DNA from: the human T2T-CHM13v2.0 reference genome, Homo sapiens
DNA length: 64,000 bases
Assembly: GCF_009914755.1 (NCBI RefSeq)
Contig: NC_060930.1
Reading direction: 5' to 3' (one strand)
A program made the position numbers and the translations under genes. Below the pieces are notes generated by a model. That model made no database searches. It saw nothing but the letters and a program-made list of their open reading frames with translations, and had not been told where the DNA came from. Each line of letters starts with the position of its first letter. The first letter of the stretch is position 1. Below, piece by piece: positions 44,129 to 57,143 of the stretch.

Positions 44129-45791
44129 GTTCAGTTGGCAATTACTCATTTGAAAACGCTTGGGCCTCATTTGCTCATAAATCATTTCCAAAGAGAATTT
44201 CAGAAATGGAAGGGTCCTTAGAGATTGTCTAGTCCAACAGTCTATTTCATAAACAAGAAAACTGAAATACAGAGATTGAGAGACTTGTCCAAGTTAGTCT
44301 TCGAGGGCTCCACCTTGACTTTCTTACATGCTCTCACATAAACCCTCTCCCTGCCACTTTCCTTAGTGTGTGAACTGCCTGCTGATTCCAAGTCCTTGTG
44401 TATCCTGAGTAAGCTTTAATGACAAACTATTTTACTCCAGACTATGGTGAAATCAAATGGTTTCTATTTATTTAACTTGCATATTTCATGTGTTTCCTCA
44501 ACAGACTTGGTTAAGTACTTGGTGCTAGGTGTTTGGTTAATTCTTGCTAAAATTCCACCAGTATGCTTATTATTACACTCTTTATTCTCCAAAGTCAAAG
44601 TCATTAAGTAAAATCATTCTCTCCCGTGAAATTTAACCACTTAACTGGGTGGATACAACCTCAGTGGTATGACCCAGATGCTGTTTTCAAATTTGCAGCA
44701 TGAGTATATTTTCCAGGCGGGTTTCTAAAAATTTGAGAGTCATTGCTTAAGAGGCTTAGCGTTCCTGTCCTCTGACAGAGGTTGTACTGGGCAGACCCAT
44801 CTCAGGGCCTGCCAGCTCACACACGTGCTGGAGGGGGGCCTACCTAACCAGGTGTGTTCCAAGGGTAGGCTCTGCTCTTATGACATCCAATCCACAGTCT
44901 GGCCAGTCACCTAAGTGAGGCTTGAGGTAAAGAGATGAGTTGATCCAACCAGATTCTTTCTCATGGGAATATGGCTCAAACTCAGAGAGAGACAGGTAGT
45001 TAGTAAAAACAAAACAAAACAAAAAACAAATCTAAAAAAAAATGCAGAGAGAGAATCCATAAGAAAATGATGGGTCAGAACCAGCAACACTGTGAAAGCA
45101 GAGGCTCTGAATTAGAAAAAACATACAAAGAGTAACAATAAAAGACTCATAGGCAAATAGGGGAGTGGGGAGGCGTGAGAAAAAGTGAATGTGTTATATT
45201 AAAGATGTGAGTTTAGGCCCTCAATATCCTGCTGTCAAGGTCCAGTAAGCGGGATCTCTGTCTGGTGAGCCAGGAGAAACTGAGGTTTCAGCTCCAAAGC
45301 TTGTGAGACCCTTTTTCCTTTTCCGCTACGCATTTCCACCATACCCTAAATAGAATGGATTCTTGCAACCAAAAGAACTCATTACGACACCTAGGAAATT
45401 TTAGGGAGGTGCTAGAGTGTGCCTTCAGCTTTGTCGCAGTGTACTACTCACTGGCCACTTCCACTCTCAACTCTTCCAGTGCTCAAGGGAAGTTTTACAT
45501 ATGCAACACACTGGCCTTAACTTCACAAATGACTGATTTCCATCCCTTTTTTCTCTTCTGCAGAAACATAACACTAATCATGCTCCTAGAATAACTACCA
45601 AGATAGCCTTTAGGGGGAAAACGTCACAAGACATGAACGTCTCCCCTGGTAGAAAGAAAGGCTCCTCTCCGAGGTCTCAGAGGCCACACCTGTAGGCAGG
45701 AGCACGCTTTTCGATGGCGGAGCCCGGTCCTTGCCTCGCAGCCGCCGGCAAACCACGGTGGCTCCCAGTCCCCGGGGATATTCCGCGTCGG

Positions 45792-45844
45792 CCCGCACCC
45801 CCGGTCCCCGGCCCCTGGCCCCCCGCCCCCGGCCCCCGGTGCCC
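45792..45844 (-). promoter_or_regulatory. G-run cluster / G-quadruplex-forming tract at the start of LYRM4 intron 1
   Basis: Minus strand GGGCACC GGGGGCC GGGGGC GGGGGGCC AGGGGCC GGGGACC GGGGGTGCGGG: six runs of 4 or more G, 10-60 nt after the donor. Confidence 0.75.
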
Positions 45845-45854
45845 GCTGGGTCAC

Positions 45855-45940
45855 CTGTAATTGTAGGCGCTGAAACGCTTGCTCTCTCTCAGCATCGCCC
45901 GGTACAGAGATAACACTTGTGCGCGACTGGAGGCTGCCAT
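45855..45940 (-). CDS. LYRM4: LYRM4 (ISD11, LYR-motif Fe-S cluster assembly factor, NFS1 partner) coding exon 1, codons 1-29 (86 nt)
   Basis: Minus strand reads CAAA-ATG GCA GCC...: [28 protein letters not shown]+AG, containing the LYR motif. It ends at a CAG|GTGACC donor, lies in the CpG island and matches the known ISD11 N-terminus. Confidence 0.98.
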
Positions 45941-46160
45941 TTTGGAAAGAAAAAAAAATAAACGGGTCCTCTTCGCCGAGGTCCCAAGTACGACCCAACC
46001 CACGAAACTCCAGCCTGTGCGGAAACCACGAACGAAATAAAATGCTGCGGCTCGGCTTTGCCAGCGGGCCGGGCCTAAGCCTAAGCGGGCAGCCCTGCGG
46101 ATCGCGGACGGCGCCAGGCGTCCCGCGCCGCTTCGGGGGCGGGCGCAGGCAGGGCTCGGG
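45941..46160 (-). other. LYRM4: LYRM4 5' UTR (exon 1 non-coding part; TSS approximate)
   Basis: GC-rich leader with a pyrimidine tract just before the ATG. The upstream limit is from recalled annotation and cannot be determined from the sequence. Confidence 0.6.
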
Positions 46161-46719
46161 GCAGCTAAGGGGGCGGTGCTGGGAGGGAGATGCCTCCGCC
46201 CCGCCCCGATCCCGCCCCCGCCCGGAGGCTCGGGACCCAGCAGCCGCTCCACGCGGCGGGAGGGCGGGGAAATAAGAGGACTGGCCGCCCGTGCATCCAG
46301 CCAAGCTCCTGGCGGACGGATATCGGAGGCCCAGGCATTCGAGGGACGTGCAGTTGCATCACGGAGAGCCTTTGGGAACCGTCTGGGGTCTTGGCGGAGA
46401 CATTTGTGTTTCGGGGGCAGCGCCCCTTCCTACATCCAGGAGGCCGCGTTGCCCGGGTTACCGAAGGCCGCCGCACCGACGCCCCGCCCCTGACCGCCGA
46501 TGCCCCTCCCACGCCGGCTGCGGTCGCCCTCGGCGCTGCCTGAGAGAGTTTGCGGGATTTCAAGGGTGACTTGATTTCGCCTGATCCTGGTCGGCAGGGT
46601 GGGGTTTCTTGGCATTCCTCAGGCCGGGGGATGCGACGTCTGGGTGTGGAGGTGATGAGCTAGGGGTTCTGTGGCACTCCGGCTCTGCTCAGGGCGACCT
46701 GCGTAGGGGCCTCTGGGGC

Positions 46720-46867
46720 AGGCCCGCTTTCTGTCAAAATGGCAGCGCCCAGCGTGCGCGGGTATCTCTGAAGTTGGGGTTTAAGATTCTTGCCCGTGAG
46801 AGCGAACGAGCCTGCCGTACTTCTGATTTTGAAACACCTGGGTCTGGGCTTCCCGGGCGAGCGGTGG
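46720..46867 (+). other. FARS2: FARS2 (mitochondrial Phe-tRNA synthetase) non-coding exon 1; start approximate; intron 1 runs past the window end
   Basis: Strong donor TGG|GTGAGT at 46867/46868 near the distal edge of the CpG island. FARS2 is known to lie head-to-head with LYRM4. No FARS2 peptide is seen in the window, so the identity rests on known synteny. Confidence 0.75.
46739..46771 (+). other. Candidate uORF in FARS2 5' UTR (MAAPSVRGYL*)
   Basis: CAAA-ATG-G strong Kozak context, TGA at 46769-46771, fully within the predicted exon 1. Confidence 0.55.
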
Positions 46868-47484
46868 GTGAGTGCCGGCCTCATTGCAGCCTGGGGTACG
46901 ACGTGGGCGGTTGGTGTTGTAGGGGGTTTACATTGGCCGTGGATTTTTTCCTCTTTCCGGATGTGTTTTTGCTTTTGAGTGAAGAGTTCCCGTGGTTTTG
47001 TAACCTAATAAATGCATAAAATGCAGCTTGGGTTGTAGACTTTGGAGAATAATTAGAGACCTTTAGGGCTTTAGGCTTTCTCCAAGAAGCGGAGCAAGTT
47101 TTCAACCATGGCTTTCTTCAGAAGACTGCAGCTTTTTTGAATCATCTTATTAAAGTGGTGGATAAAGTTGCTTGTTCTGATCTTTGAGCATGGCACTGGA
47201 CGCAGGAAGCTTCAGCCAGTCCTAGTTACTGTGTTTGCAAAGCACTTTTCTTGTTTTTGGAATCTTGCTTTATGTAATCAACCTTAGGAAGAACCACACC
47301 TTTCTGCACTCAAGCACAGCGAGAAGTACGTTATGCGTGAAAACAAAACAACTTTGCATTAAAATCCATCTTTCTCCGAACCACTTGGTCACGGTTGTGT
47401 TCTCATCTGCTTTAGTGTATTTGGTTTTGAAACGATATACCTGCTGTATGTCTAAACAACTTTATATTTTCAGGAACTTTTCTG

Positions 47485-47785
47485 TTTCCTTTTCTTTTTT
47501 TTGAGATGGAGTCTCGCTCTGTCGCCCAGGCTGGAGTGCAGTGGCGGGATCTCGGGCTCACTGCAACCTATGCCTCCCAGGTTCAAGCCATTCTCCTGCC
47601 TCAGCCTCCTGAGTGGCTGGGATTACAGGCGCGCGCTACCTCGCCCAGCTAATTTTTGTATTTTTAGTAGAGACAGGGTTTCACCGTGTTGGTCAGGCTG
47701 GTCTCGAACTCCTGACCTCAGGCAATCCGCCCGCCTCGGCCTCCCAAAATGCTGGGATTACAGGTGTGAGTCATCACGCCCAGCC
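47485..47785 (-). mobile_element. AluS
   Basis: TSD TATTTTCAGGAACTTT. Confidence 0.92.
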
Positions 47786-49126
47786 TCTATTTTCAGGAAC
47801 TTTAAAGGCAGAAAAAACACTTCTCTGACCTTACCATTCTTTAGTGTACTTGCAACCTGGTGTCCTTGCATCCAGATATTCTTACTAATCCTGATGCAAT
47901 GACATTTTTTAAAAGGCACTGAAGAGAAAATACTTTTATTAAGATATCTTTAAGTCTCCTCCCTGATTTCTTGAAAATCTCATGTCTGTTATTGTTTATT
48001 ATTATTTTTTAAACAGGATAGCAAAACTTCTATTACTTCCTGGTTGGTCAGGTCATTGAGCAAATCTAGCCTCTGCTTTATTGAAAGGACTTTTTTGAGT
48101 TTTCCCTTTGCTATTTCTTAAAGGATCCAAGACCAAGGCAATTGCACATTGTTATAGAGTAAGATTCAGAGCTGATTTCTCTTGATACACTATTGTGTGC
48201 CAGTGATATGAAATGATATGCGGCACCTCAAAGCTACAACATTAATGCAAGTTACTGATAGAGAATGCTATCAGAGTGAAAAGGAAAAACTTGAAGATTA
48301 TTTTGGCTTTTTTAAAAATAGCAAAGATTACATTATTTTATTATATTTTGCTTTTGAGAGTAAAGTTGGAATAATTACTATATACAATTGTTTCTACCTA
48401 ATTATCAAGGAATTTAATCATTAACGTACATAATTAATGTATCTAAATTACTCAACTTTGTTGTAATCAAATAAAACTTTTCCAAATAAATATGTATAGT
48501 TTAAATAGTTTGGGTAGCTTAGTCCTCTGTTAGTACGAGCAATGGTTGCAGTTAGGAAAGTGATAGGCTTCCCAGTTAATTCTGAGCCAAGTCTTCATAA
48601 AAATACCTTATTATTTTATTTAAAATGGTTTACCAATGTGTTGGACATCATTGCCTGGAGAGGCTAAAAGAAAATAATCATTCCGTAGCTACATCTCACT
48701 TTTGCACATCTTCATTGCGGAGATGACTTAAAAAAAATAACTCGATTTGAGATTGTAAGTAGATTTGGGCCAGAAGCTGAAGAATGGACCTTACACATAC
48801 GTCCTTTAATAGTCATTCTATTCTGGGTTGAAATTTTTCTTAGAGAGTATCTGTAAAACAGGAGGTACCATTTAGGCATCAAAACGTAAAAATTTCTTTA
48901 GTATTCATTTATCAAAAGTTATCGACTACCTGTAGTTCTTTATGGAAGATCATGTGTTACCTTCTATTAAAATTAGGGTTGTTAATGACCACTTAATGCT
49001 TTGTGAAGAGAAATTTCTCTAATCATAATAAACAGTGTAACAACAATTTACTGTCCTTAAGCTTAAATATCAAAATGATGTATAAAGTAAAATTTGTATA
49101 GTAGTAGTAACTTACGATATTATTTA

Positions 49127-49485
<359 letters not shown>

Positions 49486-49684
49486 GAAATTATTCTATTC
49501 TACACCACACATGAATCCAAGTATTATACATTGATCCTTCATTTTAATAGAACACGAAGGGGAAGGGGGAAGACCTTAGATATCAACTCATTCATTTGTA
49601 CAGATGAACAAACTGAAGACTTTTTCCTCATTCGTTCATTCCTTCAGCATTTATTGAACACTTCCTAAGTACTATAGGTTATGG

Positions 49685-49938
<254 letters not shown>

Positions 49939-50009
49939 TGATATAGTCACAGTGATGAGAGCTTCCCCACCCCTAAGAAACTTGTAGGTGACTAGATAAG
50001 CGAAACAAT

Positions 50010-50306
50010 AATTTATTTTATAGAGACAGGGTCTCTGTTTACTAAGCTGGAGTGCAGTAGTGCTATCATATCTCGTTGTAACTTCAAACTCCCGTGCTGA
50101 AGTGATTTTCCTGCCTCAGCCTCCTGAGTAGCTAGGCCTATAGGCTCATGCCACCATGCCTGGCAGATTTTTAAGTGTTTTTTTTTTTTTTTTGTAGAGA
50201 TGAGATTTCACTATGATGTCCAGGGTGGTCTCAAACTCCTCAGTGCCTCTCCTGTCTTGGCTTCCCAAAGAGCTCAGATTATAGCTGTGAGTCGTGGCAC
50301 TTGGCC
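50010..50306 (-). mobile_element. AluJ (diverged)
   Basis: Dimeric Alu relic. Confidence 0.82.
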
Positions 50307-51591
50307 AATAATTTCTTTTTGACAGTTGCTGCGATATGAGTAATATTAGTAAACGCTAAAGGAATAGGGAAGAGGAATATTGAACCAGGAGTTTCACCTA
50401 TGGGAAGGCTTTCCATCGTAGAAGGTGTTTCCAGAATGAGAAGTAAAAGCCAGATGAGGAATGTGGTTAAAGATTGCAGTGTATATCCAAGCATGGAGGA
50501 AGAAGGGTGCTTGATCTATTTAGAGAACTCTTAAGTGTTTTAGAATGGTAGGAGGTGGGAAGGGAGGGACCACTGAAGTGTTTAGCCCTGTACTAGCTTT
50601 ATTTTAGTGATGTTTTCTCTCTGTCTGGAATAAATCATTTCTTCCCTTATGCATTGGCTGAGTTATATAAGTAGAACTTAACAGCTGAGCTGTTGAAATG
50701 GAGATTATTTATTCAGGTACTGATAACCTTTTGTTTCAAATCATGACTTTGAATCCTATATTCCAGAGGCACTGAAATGTTATTTATTTACCTGTGCATT
50801 CAAGAGATAGCTGGCAGCCTAGCAATTCAAGTTACTGTTGTTGTGGTAACTTGAGGGCAATATATAAATCAAACACTGATCCTGTTTTCCAGAAGTTTAT
50901 ACTTTAAATGCATTTGTATATGATTAAAATTAGGTATTAGGTTGGTGAAAGTAGCTGCAGTTTTGACCGTTACTTTTAAGGGTGAAAACAGCAATAACTT
51001 TTCTACCATCCTGTACAAAGGGCTGCTGAAGCGTTGTGGGGTCTCAGTGCAAGGAGAGGTCACTTCATCCCTGATGCTTGGGCCACACCTCAGACCAACA
51101 GCAGTGCTAAGGCCCAGGCTTCAGATAATTTTGTTTAATTTTTTTTAAAAATTCTCTCCATGATTGGGTAGAGCCAGGGCTGAGAAACATTGACCTGAAG
51201 GAATTAGGGGGCTTCATGGAGGAGGTAGTGTTTGTGTTGGGCTTGAGAGGATTTAAGTTTCTCCTGGGCCTTGAAAGGAATTGAAGGATTTAAATGTTTG
51301 AATGTGGTGGTAAGATGGCTACTGTAGGTGGAAGATGACTCACCCTTTACCTTGAAAGGATGAAGGAGAAACCCTGATTGAGGTCTAAGAAAAAACAATC
51401 ATGACCTGCGGAAGGCTTTGGCCAGAGCTGTAGAGTGCATGAGGGTGAGAACGGGGAGATCCCGTGAAAAGGTAATACGTCGGCTTTCATATGTTTTAGG
51501 CACGAGATGAGCTGAATCCTGATATGATTTGAGTTAGTCTTCCCATGACCTGATGGAAGAGCTGTTATCTCCATTTAAGAAAAGTGAAGCT

Positions 51592-51738
51592 GCCCAGGTG
51601 TGGTGGCTCACATCTGTAATCCCAGCACTGTGGGAGGCTGAGGCAGGAGGATCACTTGAGCTTGGGAGTTTGAGGCCAGCTTGGGTAACATAGCGAGACC
51701 CCATCTCAATAAAATAGAATAAAAAAAAGAAAAAAAAA
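51592..51738 (+). mobile_element. FLAM-type Alu monomer
   Basis: Left monomer plus A-tail; TSD TGAAGCTG. Confidence 0.85.
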
Positions 51739-52679
51739 TGAAGCTGAGAGTTTATTTAGCCAGGGTCACACAGCTGGAAAGTAGCTAGTGTGGACCTTGG
51801 CCTGAGATGTGATCTGTCTAGCTATGATACAACACTGCTTCACAGATAAAGTACCAGCTTCAGGAATTGGAAGGTTATTGATTTTTCTTGGATAACATGG
51901 GTACATTTCAGTCATATTTGAATTTTAATTTAGTTGGATTCTCACTTATTTGTAAAGCTAACCGGTTTGTATTGGAAATATTATAAATATTCTGGGAATC
52001 TCAAATGTTGATTTTATACTAGCTTTTTAGTTATTTAAGATAAATTTACATTTTATTCTATTAACATCTCTTTGAAAAGACGTAGTGCTTTTTTAGGTTG
52101 TCTATTTATGTGTGTATGTGAGACATTTCCTCTTGGGGGATTCTCTGAGACTCACATTTCTGTAGAAGCTTTTTTCAGATATACTTATGAAAATCTGTTC
52201 TCTGTTTTGAGAAATCTTGAAAGCTATGATATGTTGCAACTAGACACTCTAGCTTCATTGATTGGAGGCTAAGGGTTCCCGTATTTGTGGGCAGTAACAA
52301 CAAAATTGACAATTTATTTTGTGTAAAGTATTTCAAATGTCAGTTATTTCTAGAGGTTTTTTTTCTTAAAAAAAAAAAAAAACTCATTAATTCTTTTCAT
52401 TGTAAAGGAAAGAAACCATCTTTTCATGCTACAAACCCCGACCACCATGAGAATTCTTTTACAGTGTGATTTGTTGTAATCTGTTATAGATCACTTTCAT
52501 TCTTTCTTTCTTGCTGCATATGAGGGACCAGTATTTTAGGAATAATGTTTTCATATTGTCTGGATATTTTAGGATGATTTGTTAATCAAACTAGCTACAG
52601 CTTATTGTAATGATAGCTATTATTTATTTAGAGTTTGTTTTCTCTCTTCTAGGAGCTTTGCCATGAAAAGAACAGTCCA

Positions 52680-54157
<1,478 letters not shown>

Positions 54158-54158
<1 letters not shown>

Positions 54159-54704
54159 AGAACTAGAAATACCATTTCACCCGGCAATCTCATTACTGGG
54201 TATATACCCAAAGGATTATAAATTATGCTCTGTAAAGACACATGCACACATGTGTTTATTGCAGCACTGTTCACAATAGCAAAGACTTGGAACCAACCTA
54301 AATGTCCATCAATGATAGACTGGATTAAGAAAATGTGGCACATATACACCATGGAATACTATGCAGCCATAAAAACGGATGAGTTCATGCCCTTTGTAGG
54401 GACATGGATGAAGCTGGAAACCATCATTCTGAGCAAACTATCGCAAGGACAGAAAACCAAACACCGCATGTTCTCACTCATAGGTGGGAATTGAACAACG
54501 AGAACACTTGGACACAGGATGGGGAACATCGCACACCGGGGCCTGTGGTGGGGTTGGGGGAGGGGGGAGGTATAGCATTAGGAGATATACCTAATGCCAG
54601 CATGGCACATGTGTACATATGTAACAAACCTGCACCTTGTGCACATGTACCCTAGAACTTAAAGTATAATAAAAAAAAAATGAAAATAACCAAAAAAAAA
54701 AAAA
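54158..54704 (+). mobile_element. Same L1PA, sense 3' end (ORF2 end, 3' UTR, polyA); twin-priming inversion junction at 54158
   Basis: TAGAACTAGAAATACC...CACATGTACCCTAGAACTTAAAGTATAAT-polyA. It continues the L1 about 11 nt after the outer end of the inverted segment. Confidence 0.95.
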
Positions 54705-56740
54705 GAGAAAAGAAGAGTCCTTTCATTGCTGTTTAGCAGTATCTCATTTTAGTAATTTTTCTAGTGACATATTTGAAGTTCTGATTGACTTCTTCGAATG
54801 AGTGTATTAGCCGCCATCTCTTGTTTGTTCAGGTCAGTAGGTTGTTTACAGAAAACATTTAGAATTTGCAGTGTTGAGTCTGTTTACAAAAAACAGCCTA
54901 CATTTTGCTAATCACTGGAAAAATACTAGGTCAGTGTCTTAAGATGTGCAATACTGAGATCTGTGATGTTAACTGATCTCTCAGAGGATGGGTCGATACA
55001 TATCGTTGATAGTATACTGTAGACTGTTATTAACAATAGAAGATATACAGAGAATTCATGATTTCTTTGGTATTATAGTGAATTACATGATTTAATATTT
55101 TATAACGTTTTAATGTAAACATTTATTTTCTGAGCACAATTGAAGCACTTCAGCCTGGCAAACTTGTAATCTGTATGTGTAATTGTGAGTTTGAGTTAAC
55201 TAACAATATTTAAGAGTTATAAAAGCCTGGCTTCTGTGAAATGGATTACAGTAATATTGGCAGAGAGTAAAACAGTTAGTTTCAGTTAATGAAGATGAGT
55301 TTTTTGGGAGAATTATCTTTTTTTAAATCAATTCCTGGAATTCTGCAGTGCAAAGGGAAAGTAAAATGAAGCAGTCATGAAATAGAAAAAGCTTAGCAGG
55401 CAGCATACTTTCTTTCCTGTTTCTTGACGTTCTGAGATAAGCACATTGTTATTTATTTCAAGTCTTGGAGCACTTTGAGACAAGCACATGTGCCTGGGCA
55501 TTCATAACATTAAGCCCTGTTAGGAATCCCACTTACACCCTTGGCTTCTGCGTACTGTGAGAGCTGGGCTGGATGATAATTAAGTCAGCTTTCATTTGTA
55601 GAGCCCAGGTCTTCAAATAATTTCCAAGTAAACTATCCCAGATTAATACGTTTCAGGACATAAGTGTGGTTCGCTAGAACTGTCAAGCTGTCTGGATGCC
55701 CTTCTGTTAACTTTGTAGAAGAGATTCCACGTGTGTCAAGTTACAGTGTTTGCTGAAATTTTTCTGTTGTCTTGAAAGCTATTTGAAAATGAAATGTTCA
55801 TTATAGTACTGGTGGTCAGGTATGTTCCTTAGATATATATGAATTAATGTCACCACACTATAGACAGTAATTTTTATATCACCTTCTCTCCAAAAACCTG
55901 CAGCACTTTTAGGATGAAGTCTAATTCCTTAACACAGCCTATGAGACCCTGACGACTATGGCGCTTACCCACTTCTCCCGTCCCATGTCATACCTTTTTA
56001 TTTTTCGCTTGCTGCTTTTCATTCTTTAGTACTCACCTCTTTCCCCTCTACCCTGGGGACCTTTGCAAATGCTGATCCAGCTGCCTGGAGTGCCCTTCCT
56101 TCCCTTGCTAATTATTCTTCTGATCTCAGTTTAAGAGATGCTTACTCAAAGCTACCTTCTCTAACTTGAGTACATCTTCCTCTGTTAAGCTCCCTTAGTA
56201 TGGTGAATTGCTCTTCAGCTTAGAGTGACTGCCATTGCAAGTAACTGAAGTCAAATTGTTTTAAACAAACCTAGTGGCTTTATTGTCTCCTGTGTCTTGA
56301 GGGTTCAGAAGCCAGATGGGCTTTAGGGTTGATTGGTTTGAGTGATGTTGCCAAAGATTCAATTTTGTGCTTTTCTCTACTTTGTCTTCTCTAACGTAAA
56401 TTTTATCGTCTGGCCAGAGTCCTCTCTCTCGGTTATGGGAAACCATCAACAGTTTGGGGGCGCTTGTTTCCAAAACCTTAGAGGAGTGAGAGAGCTTCTG
56501 GACCAAGAGTGCTCAGCAGTCCTCTCCGTTCATGTCACTGGCCCTCCTTGTGTCATGTCCTCATCCATTTCTGAACCAATAACTGTGACCAGGGAGAAGA
56601 TAGGATTCTTTTGGTCTTGAACCAGTTGCCTAGCTCCTAGAGATAAAGGGGAATTATTTTTTGTAAAAGGAACAAAGTTCACTAGAGCAATCTTGCCAGA
56701 GTTATATTTTTTTATTTGATTAATTTTTTTGTGATATTAG

Positions 56741-57032
<292 letters not shown>

Positions 57033-57143
57033 GTCTGTTTTTGATTACTATTGTTTCTTCAACATTTTACATCTAGCTTTGCATATAGTAAATGATCGAT
57101 AAATATTAATAGTGTAATGACTCAATCACGTAAGCTCCAAATA

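Larger units (their letters stand above)
45640..46960. promoter_or_regulatory. CpG island / bidirectional promoter LYRM4-FARS2, with GC boxes (e.g. 46136-46145, 46199-46223, 46480-46490) and YY1-like CAAAATGGCAGC at 45933-45944(-) and 46735-46746(+)
   Basis: Abrupt high GC and CpG density, multiple GGGCGG/CCGCCC boxes, no obvious TATA box, and first exons diverging from both sides. Confidence 0.93.

Noticed and set aside
45624-46569. Long overlapping ORFs (226, 132, 118, 117 aa etc.) across the promoter
   Set aside because: Low-complexity Arg/Gly/Pro/Ala translations are expected from stop-poor CpG-island DNA in all frames. Only 45855-45940(-) matches a real protein.
46561-46570. Alternative FARS2 exon-1 donor AGG|GTGACT
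   Set aside because: Plausible but a weak motif; cannot be supported without transcript data.
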